From Escherichia coli (GTDB lineage Bacteria > Pseudomonadota > Gammaproteobacteria > Enterobacterales > Enterobacteriaceae): 64,000 nucleotides of DNA. Below are positions 26,474 to 41,929 of the stretch, one piece after another (position 1 is the stretch's first letter; each line of letters opens with the position of its first letter). Made by a program: the position numbers and the translations under genes. The DNA is taken from assembly GCF_030384885.1 (NCBI RefSeq), contig NZ_CP128613.1; one strand, 5' to 3'. The notes under the pieces are model-generated. The model was not told where the DNA came from and ran no database searches. It saw nothing but the letters and a program-made list of their open reading frames with translations.

Positions 26474-28402
26474 ATGCCTGTTATAACTCTTCCTGATGGC
26501 AGCCAACGCCATTACGACCACGCTGTAAGCCCCATGGATGTTGCGCTGGACATTGGTCCAGGTCTGGCGAAAGCCTGTATCGCAGGGCGCGTTAATGGTG
26601 AACTGGTTGATGCTTGCGATCTGATTGAAAACGACGCACAACTGTCGATCATTACCGCCAAAGACGAAGAAGGTCTGGAGATCATTCGTCACTCCTGTGC
26701 GCACCTGTTAGGGCACGCGATTAAACAACTTTGGCCGCATACCAAAATGGCAATCGGCCCGGTTATTGACAACGGTTTTTATTACGACGTTGATCTTGAC
26801 CGCACGTTAACCCAGGAAGATGTCGAAGCACTCGAGAAGCGGATGCATGAGCTTGCTGAGAAAAACTACGACGTCATTAAAAAGAAAGTCAGCTGGCACG
26901 AAGCGCGTGAAACTTTCGCCAACCGTGGGGAGAGCTACAAAGTCTCCATTCTTGACGAAAACATCGCCCATGATGACAAGCCAGGTCTGTACTTCCATGA
27001 AGAATATGTCGACATGTGCCGCGGTCCGCACGTACCGAACATGCGTTTCTGCCATCATTTCAAACTGATGAAAACGGCAGGGGCTTACTGGCGTGGCGAC
27101 AGCAACAACAAAATGTTGCAACGTATTTACGGTACGGCGTGGGCAGACAAAAAAGCGCTAAACGCTTACCTGCAGCGCCTGGAAGAAGCCGCGAAACGCG
27201 ACCACCGTAAAATCGGTAAACAGCTCGACCTGTACCATATGCAGGAAGAAGCGCCGGGTATGGTCTTCTGGCACAACGACGGTTGGACCATCTTCCGTGA
27301 ACTGGAAGTGTTTGTTCGTTCTAAACTGAAAGAGTACCAGTATCAGGAAGTTAAAGGTCCGTTCATGATGGACCGTGTTCTGTGGGAAAAAACCGGTCAC
27401 TGGGACAACTACAAAGATGCAATGTTCACCACGTCTTCTGAGAACCGTGAATACTGCATTAAGCCGATGAACTGCCCGGGTCACGTACAAATTTTCAACC
27501 AGGGGCTGAAGTCTTATCGCGATCTGCCGCTGCGTATGGCCGAGTTTGGTAGCTGCCACCGTAACGAGCCGTCAGGTTCGCTGCATGGCCTGATGCGTGT
27601 ACGTGGTTTTACCCAGGATGACGCGCATATCTTCTGTACTGAAGAACAAATTCGCGATGAAGTTAACGGATGTATCCGTTTAGTCTATGATATGTACAGC
27701 ACTTTTGGCTTCGAGAAGATCGTCGTCAAACTCTCCACTCGTCCTGAAAAACGTATTGGCAGCGACGAAATGTGGGATCGTGCTGAGGCGGACCTGGCAG
27801 TTGCGCTGGAAGAAAACAACATCCCGTTTGAATATCAACTGGGTGAAGGCGCTTTCTACGGTCCGAAAATTGAATTTACCCTGTATGACTGCCTCGATCG
27901 TGCATGGCAGTGCGGTACAGTACAGCTGGACTTCTCCTTGCCGTCTCGTCTGAGCGCCTCCTATGTGGGTGAAGACAACGAGCGTAAGGTACCGGTAATG
28001 ATTCACCGCGCAATTCTGGGGTCGATGGAACGTTTCATCGGTATCCTGACTGAAGAATTCGCTGGTTTCTTCCCGACCTGGCTTGCGCCGGTTCAGGTTG
28101 TTATCATGAATATTACCGATTCACAGTCTGAATACGTTAACGAATTGACGCAAAAACTATCAAATGCGGGCATTCGTGTTAAAGCAGACTTGAGAAATGA
28201 GAAGATTGGCTTTAAAATCCGCGAGCACACTTTGCGTCGCGTCCCATATATGCTGGTCTGTGGTGATAAAGAGGTGGAATCAGGCAAAGTTGCCGTTCGC
28301 ACCCGCCGTGGTAAAGACCTGGGAAGCATGGACGTAAATGAAGTGATCGAGAAGCTGCAACAAGAGATTCGCAGCCGCAGTCTTAAACAATTGGAGGAAT
28401 AA
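26474..28402 (+). CDS. thrS: Threonine--tRNA ligase
   Basis: 642-aa [27 protein letters not shown]... with N-terminal TGS domain and class II synthetase motifs. Confidence 0.97.
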
Positions 28403-28948
<546 letters not shown>

Positions 28949-29020
28949 GGCCTTCAAGTAGCACTGTCTGTGGAGCCTTTGGGCTTCACAGGCATTGTTC
29001 GCCTTTGTTTCGTTTATTAA

Positions 29021-29242
<222 letters not shown>

Positions 29243-29268
29243 GCCGTTAACGTTTTTTAACTTTTTAA

Positions 29269-29652
<384 letters not shown>

Positions 29653-29662
29653 GCCAGTTGAA

Positions 29663-29690
29663 AGAGGGAGCTAGTCTCCCTCTTTTCGTT
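29663..29690 (+). terminator. Rho-independent terminator after rplT
   Basis: Stem agaggga/tccctct followed by tttt. Confidence 0.55.
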
Positions 29691-29774
29691 TCAACGCCAT
29701 CAAAACATTGACTTTTATCGCCGTAGCCTTTTCAATAAAGGTCTTTTGAAAAGTACCAAAAGGTAACGCAAGCA

Positions 29775-29819
29775 ATGAATGCTGCTATTTTCCGCTTCTT
29801 TTTTTACTTTAGCACCTGA
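29775..29819 (+). CDS. pheM: pheST attenuator leader peptide (14 aa, 5 Phe)
   Basis: atgaatgctgctattttccgcttctttttttactttagcacctga encodes [14 protein letters not shown]; too short for the ORF track. Confidence 0.85.
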
Positions 29820-29867
29820 CTCCAGGAGGCTAGCGCGTGAGAAGAGAAACGGAAAACAGCGCCTGAA

Positions 29868-29891
29868 AGCCTCCCAGTGGAGGCTTTTTTT
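29868..29891 (+). terminator. pheST attenuator terminator
   Basis: Hairpin agcctcc-cagt-ggaggct followed by a 7-T run, 50 nt downstream of the pheM stop. Confidence 0.75.
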
Positions 29892-30060
29892 GTATGCGCG
29901 TTTTGAAAAATAAAAAGCCTGTCTCATCAGGCGTAATTGTCGCAGCCAGTCTGGGCACGGCCAGCGCGGAGAAACCGGAGCGTACTTAAGTACGTGAGGA
30001 TTTCGAGCACTGCCCGGGACCAAAATGGCAAGTAAAATAGCCTGATGGGATAGGCTCTAA

Positions 30061-31086
<1,026 letters not shown>

Positions 31087-31097
31087 GGCAGGAATAG

Positions 31098-33488
<2,391 letters not shown>

Positions 33489-33492
33489 ACCT

Positions 33493-33792
33493 ATGGCGCT
33501 TACAAAAGCTGAAATGTCAGAATATCTGTTTGATAAGCTTGGGCTTAGCAAGCGGGATGCCAAAGAACTGGTTGAACTGTTTTTCGAAGAGATCCGTCGA
33601 GCTCTGGAAAACGGCGAACAGGTGAAACTCTCTGGTTTTGGTAACTTCGATCTGCGTGATAAGAATCAACGCCCGGGACGTAACCCGAAAACGGGCGAGG
33701 ATATTCCCATTACAGCACGGCGCGTGGTGACCTTCAGACCCGGGCAGAAGTTAAAAAGCCGGGTCGAAAACGCTTCGCCCAAAGACGAGTAA
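33493..33792 (+). CDS. ihfA: Integration host factor alpha subunit
   Basis: 99-aa [60 protein letters not shown] (HU/IHF fold). Confidence 0.95.
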
Positions 33793-33809
33793 TCTGATCT
33801 AACTAAAAA

Positions 33810-33835
33810 GGCCGCTCTGCGGCCTTTTTTCTTTT
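33810..33835 (+). terminator. Rho-independent terminator of ihfA
   Basis: ggccgc-tct-gcggcc hairpin followed by ttttttctttt. Confidence 0.75.
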
Positions 33836-33892
33836 CACTGTCGAAGAGTCACCGTAAAATCAACGCCATGACACTTCAGCAGAACGGATACC

Positions 33893-34873
33893 ATGCTGAC
33901 ACTTGCCCGCCAACAACAGCGACAAAATATTCGCTGGTTATTATGCCTGTCAGTTTTGATGCTGCTGGCGCTTCTCTTAAGCCTTTGCGCCGGTGAACAA
34001 TGGATTTCGCCAGGTGACTGGTTTACTCCTCGTGGCGAACTGTTCATCTGGCAAATTCGCCTACCACGTACGCTGGCTGTATTGCTGGTTGGTGCGGCGC
34101 TGGCTATATCCGGCGCTGTAATGCAGGCATTGTTTGAAAATCCTCTGGCAGAACCTGGACTACTTGGCGTCTCTAACGGCGCAGGCGTAGGGCTTATCGC
34201 CGCGGTATTGCTTGGGCAAGGGCAATTCCCAAACTGGGCACTAGGGCTGTGTGCGATTGCTGGCGCGCTTATCATCACTTTAATACTCTTACGTTTTGCC
34301 CGTCGTCATCTTTCGACCAGTCGGTTATTGCTGGCTGGTGTTGCATTAGGGATTATCTGTAGCGCACTAATGACGTGGGCTATCTATTTTTCCACCTCTG
34401 TTGATTTACGTCAGCTGATGTACTGGATGATGGGCGGTTTTGGCGGCGTAGACTGGCGGCAAAGTTGGCTGATGCTGGCATTGATACCCGTGTTGTTGTG
34501 GATCTGTTGTCAGTCCAGACCGATGAATATGTTAGCACTTGGCGAGATCTCGGCGCGGCAACTAGGTTTACCCCTGTGGTTCTGGCGCAATGTGCTGGTG
34601 GCAGCGACCGGCTGGATGGTTGGCGTCAGTGTGGCGTTGGCGGGTGCTATCGGCTTTATTGGTCTGGTGATCCCACATATTCTCCGGTTATGTGGTTTGA
34701 CCGATCATCGCGTATTACTTCCCGGCTGCGCGCTGGCAGGGGCGAGCGCATTGCTGCTGGCCGATGTTGTAGCGCGCCTGGCATTAGCTGCCGCAGAGCT
34801 GCCTATTGGCGTGGTCACCGCAACGTTGGGTGCGCCGGTGTTTATCTGGTTATTGTTAAAAGCAGGACGTTAG
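33893..34873 (+). CDS. btuC: Vitamin B12 ABC transporter permease
   Basis: 326-aa polytopic membrane ORF (FecCD family). Confidence 0.93.
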   Translation: MLTLARQQQRQNIRWLLCLSVLMLLALLLSLCAGEQWISPGDWFTPRGELFIWQIRLPRTLAVLLVGAALAISGAVMQALFENPLAEPGLLGVSNGAGVGLIAAVLLGQGQFPNWALGLCAIAGALIITLILLRFARRHLSTSRLLLAGVALGIICSALMTWAIYFSTSVDLRQLMYWMMGGFGGVDWRQSWLMLALIPVLLWICCQSRPMNMLALGEISARQLGLPLWFWRNVLVAATGWMVGVSVALAGAIGFIGLVIPHILRLCGLTDHRVLLPGCALAGASALLLADVVARLALAAAELPIGVVTATLGAPVFIWLLLKAGR

Positions 34874-34932
34874 CCGCAAAAGACGGTCTATGATTAAAAG
34901 CTAAGATTTTTACTGACCACCCAGGAGAAACG

Positions 34933-35484
34933 ATGCAAGATTCCATTCTGACGACCGTAGTGAAAGATATCGACGGTGAAGTGGCCACGCTGGAGAAGTA
35001 CGCCGGTAATGTGCTGTTGATTGTCAATGTCGCCTCAAAGTGTGGCTTAACGCCGCAATATGAGCAGTTGGAGAATATTCAGAAAGCCTGGGCCGATCGT
35101 GGTTTTGTGGTGTTGGGATTCCCGTGCAACCAGTTTCTGGAGCAAGAACCGGGCAGCGATGAAGAGATTAAAACTTACTGCACCACTACCTGGGGGGTGA
35201 CGTTCCCGATGTTCAGTAAGATTGAAGTTAATGGCGAAGGACGCCATCCGCTGTATCAAAAATTGATTGCCGCAGCGCCGACGGCAGTCGCGCCGGAAGA
35301 GAGCGGATTCTATGCCCGTATGGTCAGCAAAGGTCGTGCACCGCTGTACCCTGATGATATTTTATGGAATTTTGAGAAATTTTTAGTTGGCAGGGACGGA
35401 TTGGTCATCCAGCGTTTTTCCCCGGATATGACGCCGGAAGATCCCATTGTGATGGAAAGCATTAAACTGGCGTTGGCGAAATAA
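34933..35484 (+). CDS. btuE: Glutathione peroxidase-family protein BtuE
   Basis: 183-aa ORF with GPx motifs ([25 protein letters not shown]). Confidence 0.9.
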
Positions 35485-36233
35485 TGTCTATTGTGATGCA
35501 GCTACAGGATGTTGCGGAATCAACCCGCCTTGGGCCGCTTTCTGGCGAGGTTCGGGCTGGGGAGATCCTGCATCTGGTGGGGCCGAATGGCGCGGGTAAG
35601 AGTACCTTACTGGCGCGAATGGCCGGAATGACCAGCGGTAAGGGAAGCATTCAGTTCGCGGGGCAACCACTGGAAGCATGGTCCGCAACAAAACTCGCGC
35701 TGCATCGCGCCTATCTTTCACAACAACAGACGCCACCGTTTGCAATGCCGGTCTGGCACTACCTGACACTGCATCAGCACGATAAAACGCGTACCGAACT
35801 ACTGAATGATGTCGCAGGGGCGCTGGCTCTTGATGACAAACTCGGACGTAGCACCAATCAACTTTCCGGCGGCGAATGGCAACGCGTACGTCTTGCTGCG
35901 GTGGTGCTGCAAATCACACCACAAGCCAATCCCGCAGGCCAATTACTACTTCTTGATGAGCCTATGAACAGTCTTGATGTTGCGCAACAAAGTGCGTTAG
36001 ACAAAATTCTGAGCGCGCTGTGTCAGCAAGGACTGGCGATTGTTATGAGCAGTCACGATCTCAACCACACCTTGCGTCATGCGCATCGGGCGTGGTTGCT
36101 AAAAGGTGGAAAAATGCTGGCCAGTGGACGCAGAGAAGAGGTGCTCACGCCGCCAAATCTGGCGCAGGCCTATGGGATGAATTTTCGCCGTCTGGATATC
36201 GAAGGTCACAGAATGCTGATTTCGACCATCTGA
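35484..36233 (+). CDS. btuD: Vitamin B12 ABC transporter ATP-binding protein
   Basis: 249-aa ORF with Walker A (GPNGAGKST) and ABC signature ([12 protein letters not shown]); start overlaps the btuE stop (ATAATG). Confidence 0.93.
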
Positions 36234-36310
36234 TTTCATTAGTATCTTGAAAATCGGGTAATTACGACGCTAAATTAATGCAAGAATAAAAAACAGAGGA
36301 ACCGTACGGA

Positions 36311-36775
36311 ATGCGTTTCTGCCTTATTTTGATCACAGCACTGTTTCTGGCCGGGTGTAGCCACCATAAAGCACCGCCGCCAAATGCCAGACTTTCTGAT
36401 TCGATTACCGTTATTGCCGGTTTGAACGACCAGCTACAGAGCTGGCATGGCACGCCGTATCGTTATGGTGGCATGACGCGGCGCGGTGTGGACTGTTCGG
36501 GGTTTGTGGTTGTGACGATGCGCGATCGTTTCGATTTGCAGCTGCCCCGTGAAACCAAACAACAAGCCTCTATCGGCACGCAAATTGATAAAGACGAGTT
36601 GCTGCCTGGTGACCTGGTCTTTTTCAAAACGGGCTCCGGACAAAATGGTTTGCATGTAGGTATTTACGATACCAACAACCAATTTATCCACGCCTCTACC
36701 AGCAAGGGAGTGATGCGTTCCTCACTCGATAATGTCTATTGGCAGAAAAATTTCTGGCAGGCGAGACGAATCTAG
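36311..36775 (+). CDS. nlpC: NlpC/P60-family lipoprotein (peptidoglycan endopeptidase)
   Basis: 154-aa ORF with lipobox (LFLAGCS) and catalytic Cys context (GVDCSGFV). Confidence 0.9.
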   Translation: MRFCLILITALFLAGCSHHKAPPPNARLSDSITVIAGLNDQLQSWHGTPYRYGGMTRRGVDCSGFVVVTMRDRFDLQLPRETKQQASIGTQIDKDELLPGDLVFFKTGSGQNGLHVGIYDTNNQFIHASTSKGVMRSSLDNVYWQKNFWQARRI

Positions 36776-37021
36776 TATGTCGAAAAATGGACGGCGATGA
36801 TACATCTCCGTCCATTTACTCCTGAATACAGTAGTATTTTACAGACAAAAATACCGTATATGGATTATTCGTTTATAATCAGGATAATCTAATAAAAGGA
36901 CCCCTGAAAAAGTGGTTAACATGGAACAAATGAAAGTTACTCCTTCTGTAATTGTTATGTCTTATGGCCTCATCCCTTTTAGCCGGATACTGAAAAACAT
37001 CCTTCGAGAGGGACGGTTACC

Positions 37022-37735
37022 ATGAAGATTTTTTTGGAGAATCTTTATCGTTCTGATTGCTATTTCCTGCCGATAAGAGATAACCAGCAAGACCTTGTCG
37101 GCGTTGAGTTAATTACCCATTTCTCCAGTGAAGATGGTACGGTTCGTATACCGACGAGTCGGGTTATAGCGCAACTTACCGAGGAGCAACATTGGCAATT
37201 ATTTTCTGAGCAGTTGGAATTGCTAAAATCATGCCAACACTTTTTTATTCAACATAAACTCTTTGCCTGGCTTAATTTAACCCCACAAGTGGCTACTTTA
37301 TTATTAGACAGGGATAATTACGCGGGCGAACTATTAAAATATCCGTTTATTGAACTGTTGATTAATGAGAATTACCCGCATCTCGATGAAGGAAAAGATA
37401 ATCGCGATCTTTTGTCCTTATCGCAAATGTATCCCCTTGTGTTAGGTAATTTGGGCGCAGGCAATAGCACAATGAAAGCGGTTTTTGATGGTCTTTTCAC
37501 CCGCGTCATGCTGGATAAAAGTTTTATTCAGCAACAAATCACGCATCGCTCCTTCGAACCGTTTATTCGTGCGCTCCAGGCGCAAATTTCCCCATGTTGC
37601 AATTGCATCATCGCGGGGGGCATTGATACGCCAGAAATAATGGCACAGATTACCCCCTTTGATTTCCATGCTCTCCAGGGATGCCTGTGGCCTGCCGTTC
37701 CTGTAAATCAGATAACGACGTTGGTTCAGCGATAA
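37022..37735 (+). CDS. ydiV: Anti-FlhD4C2 factor YdiV (degenerate EAL domain)
   Basis: 237-aa ORF; the canonical EAL motif position reads ELI (DLVGVELITHF); AT-rich gene. Confidence 0.85.
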   Translation: MKIFLENLYRSDCYFLPIRDNQQDLVGVELITHFSSEDGTVRIPTSRVIAQLTEEQHWQLFSEQLELLKSCQHFFIQHKLFAWLNLTPQVATLLLDRDNYAGELLKYPFIELLINENYPHLDEGKDNRDLLSLSQMYPLVLGNLGAGNSTMKAVFDGLFTRVMLDKSFIQQQITHRSFEPFIRALQAQISPCCNCIIAGGIDTPEIMAQITPFDFHALQGCLWPAVPVNQITTLVQR

Positions 37736-37758
37736 CCCTCCTGTTTGCTGGTGTTTAA

Positions 37759-39234
<1,476 letters not shown>

Positions 39235-39237
39235 AGG

Positions 39238-39429
39238 CTACTTGGTCAATAGCAGCTTGCCAGCCTGAGTTTTACGGAGCAGATATTCTTGCCCGTCATG
39301 ATCGATAATCAGTTTGCCATCCGGACCTAACAGTGTCTGGCTGGTAATTCGCCGAATGGGCTGCGGGGAGGCGGTCTTGTGATTGGCATCCGTTTCAGGC
39401 GTGAGTTTTCTGCTATCCGTATAACGCAT
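39238..39429 (-). CDS. ydiE: HemP-like small protein YdiE
   Basis: Internal ATG of track ORF 39238..39456 gives the 63-aa [63 protein letters not shown]. Confidence 0.7.
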   Translation of the reverse strand: MRYTDSRKLTPETDANHKTASPQPIRRITSQTLLGPDGKLIIDHDGQEYLLRKTQAGKLLLTK

Positions 39430-39451
39430 AAAAATTAATAATAATTGATAT

Positions 39452-39470
39452 AACAATGATTCTTATTATC
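39452..39470 (-). promoter_or_regulatory. Candidate Fur box upstream of ydiE
   Basis: Reverse complement GATAATAAGAATCATTGTT matches the 19-bp Fur consensus GATAATGATAATCATTATC at about 15 of 19 positions, 25-40 bp upstream of the ydiE start. Confidence 0.45.
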
Positions 39471-39560
39471 AATATTCTGGCGGGCCAGAGCAAGCAGTAA
39501 TTTGTTGAGAAGACAACAAGTTGCGCAGAAATGCCCATTCCGTCAGGAATGGGCACGCAT

Positions 39561-40607
39561 TCAGAAGCGGGTATCAACCGCAGAGGCGAGTTTTTCGACC
39601 AGGCGTTCGGTATCTTCCCAGCCCAGACACGGGTCGGTAATCGATTGACCGTAAGTGAGCGGCTGACCGCCGACGATTTTTTGCGTTCCTTCGCGCAGGA
39701 AACTTTCCGCCATAATTCCAGCAATCGCCGTAGAGCCATTGCGGATTTGCTGACAAATATCCTCACAAACTTCTAACTGGCGACGATGCTGCTTCTGGCA
39801 GTTGCCGTGGCTGAAATCCACCACCAGATGTTCAGGTAAATCAAACTCGTGCAACGTATCGCAGGCAGCGGCGATATCATCCGCATGGTAATTCGGCTTT
39901 TTGCCGCCACGCATAATAATGTGGCCATACGGATTGCCGCTGGTCTGATAGATGGTCATCTGACCATTTTTGTCTGGCGAGAGGAACATATGGCTGGCGC
40001 GGGCTGCGCGGATAGCATCCACGGCAATCCGCGTGTTGCCATCGGTACCATTTTTAAAACCTACCGGACAGGAGAGTGCCGAAGCCATTTCACGGTGGAT
40101 CTGACTTTCGGTAGTACGTGCGCCAATCGCGCCCCAACTGATTAAATCAGCAATAAACTGACCGGTCACCATATCGAGGAACTCAGTCGCGGTAGGGACG
40201 CCCAGCTCATTGACCTGTAAAAGTAATTTGCGCGCCAGCTCCAGACCGTGATTTACCCGATAGCTGCCGTTTAAATCCGGATCGGAGATTAGCCCTTTCC
40301 AGCCGACTACAGTTCGTGGTTTTTCAAAATAGGTGCGCATTACGATTTCCAGCCGTGACTGGTACTGGTTGCGCAGCGACTGCAGACGGGTGGCGTACTC
40401 CATTGCAGCGGTGAGATCGTGGATCGAGCAGGGGCCAATAATGACCAACAGTCGCTTATCTTCACCATTCAGTATTTTTTCAATTCTGCGGCGGGAGTCG
40501 GTGACATGGGTGGCGACGCCAGGCGTTACGGGATACCGTAGCGCGAGTTCGGCGGGCGTTACCAGGCTCTCAATACGCGCAGTACGGAGTTCGTCAGTTC
40601 TGTTCAT
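39561..40607 (-). CDS. aroH: DAHP synthase, tryptophan-sensitive isozyme
   Basis: 348-aa ORF MNRTDELRTARIESLVTPAELALRYPVTPGV... (class I DAHP synthase). Confidence 0.95.
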   Translation of the reverse strand: MNRTDELRTARIESLVTPAELALRYPVTPGVATHVTDSRRRIEKILNGEDKRLLVIIGPCSIHDLTAAMEYATRLQSLRNQYQSRLEIVMRTYFEKPRTVVGWKGLISDPDLNGSYRVNHGLELARKLLLQVNELGVPTATEFLDMVTGQFIADLISWGAIGARTTESQIHREMASALSCPVGFKNGTDGNTRIAVDAIRAARASHMFLSPDKNGQMTIYQTSGNPYGHIIMRGGKKPNYHADDIAAACDTLHEFDLPEHLVVDFSHGNCQKQHRRQLEVCEDICQQIRNGSTAIAGIMAESFLREGTQKIVGGQPLTYGQSITDPCLGWEDTERLVEKLASAVDTRF

Positions 40608-40752
40608 TACAAGTCTCAGAAATTTGTTGCTTCTACGGCAGGACTACCGGGAAGTGATGCGCATCACGATAAACCAATCGCAGCTGATTTCAAGTGCGAG
40701 GTGTGTCACACCTCGCCGGGTGGTTAGCATGATAACAAAAAAACAAGTTAAT

Positions 40753-40770
40753 GCACTAGTTCTCTAGTAC
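40753..40770 (-). promoter_or_regulatory. TrpR operator of the aroH promoter
   Basis: Reverse complement GTACTAGAGAACTAGTGC contains the paired CTAG half-sites of the Trp repressor operator; lies about 150 bp upstream of aroH and overlaps the last codons of ppsR. Confidence 0.6.
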
Positions 40771-41597
40771 ATTCGACGACTAAGGCCCATGATATCAAGG
40801 ATCTTGGTGGCAATCTCTTCTACCGAATAATTGGTACTGTTAATCCATGGGATCTGATTCTTACGGTACAACGCTTCCACTTCCGCGACTTCCATCCTGC
40901 ACTGACGAAGCGAGGCATAGCGACTGTTCTCCCGACGTTCCTCGCGAATCGCCGCCAGACGTTCCGGGTCGATAGTCAGGCCGAACAATTTATGCTGAAG
41001 CGGTTTGAGCGACGCGGGTAGCACCAGATTATCCATATCGTCGGCAATAAAGGGGTAGTTTGCCGCGCGGATACCAAATTGCATTGCCAGATACAGACTG
41101 GTGGGGGTTTTACCACAGCGAGAAACGCCGAGCAGGATCACCTGAGCCTGGTCCAGATTGCGCAACGAAATGCCGTCGTCATGGGCAAGGGTGTAATCAA
41201 TCGCCGCAATGCGCGCATCGTATTTATTGAGATTATTAGGGTTAAGGCCATGGGTACGATGAGCAATCGGCGTTGGATCCAGTTTCATCTCTTGCTGTAG
41301 CGGGGCAACCAGCGCCTGAACGATATCCTGGCAAAAGCCTTCACTTTGCAAGATGATGGCGCGAATCTCCGGCAACACGATGGAGTAGAAGACCAGTGGG
41401 CGCACACCTGTCTGGTGATAAATTGCGTCAATCTGATCCTTCACTGCCCGTGCACGGCTCTCATTTTCGACAAACGGCAGCGTAATGCTGCTGATAGTGA
41501 CGGGAAATTGTGACATTACTGCGTGTCCTAATACCTCCGCAGTTATTGCCGTACCATCAGAAATATAAAAAACGTGGCGATCAACAGCATTATCCAT
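40764..41597 (-). CDS. ppsR: PEP synthetase regulatory protein (bifunctional kinase/pyrophosphorylase)
   Basis: 277-aa [34 protein letters not shown] recognised as YdiA/PpsR; divergent from ppsA. Confidence 0.9.
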
Positions 41598-41827
41598 TTT
41601 GTTCTTCCCGTAATGCAGACATAATTCTATGAAAGCATAAATTAAAAACGCACAGAAGCGTAGAACGTTATGTCTGGTTTATAAAATGAACCTTCAATTT
41701 TATTTTTTATGAAAACAGCATTTCATTTTTACGGTTTCGTTTATACCGATGGTTTATGTGGAAATTGTCGAAGAGAGCAGATTTGCGCAACGCTGGGATC
41801 AGTCTTAAAAAGTAAAAAAATATATTT

Positions 41828-41843
41828 GCTTGAACGATTCACC
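41828..41843 (+). promoter_or_regulatory. Candidate Cra (FruR) site in the ppsA promoter
   Basis: GCTTGAACGATTCACC resembles the Cra consensus GCTGAAWCGWTTCAGC, about 90 bp upstream of ppsA. Confidence 0.5.
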
Positions 41844-41929
41844 GTTTTTTTCATCCGGTTAAATATGCAAAGATAAATGCGCAGAAATGTGTTTCTCAAA
41901 CCGTTCATTTATCACAAAAGGATTGTTCG

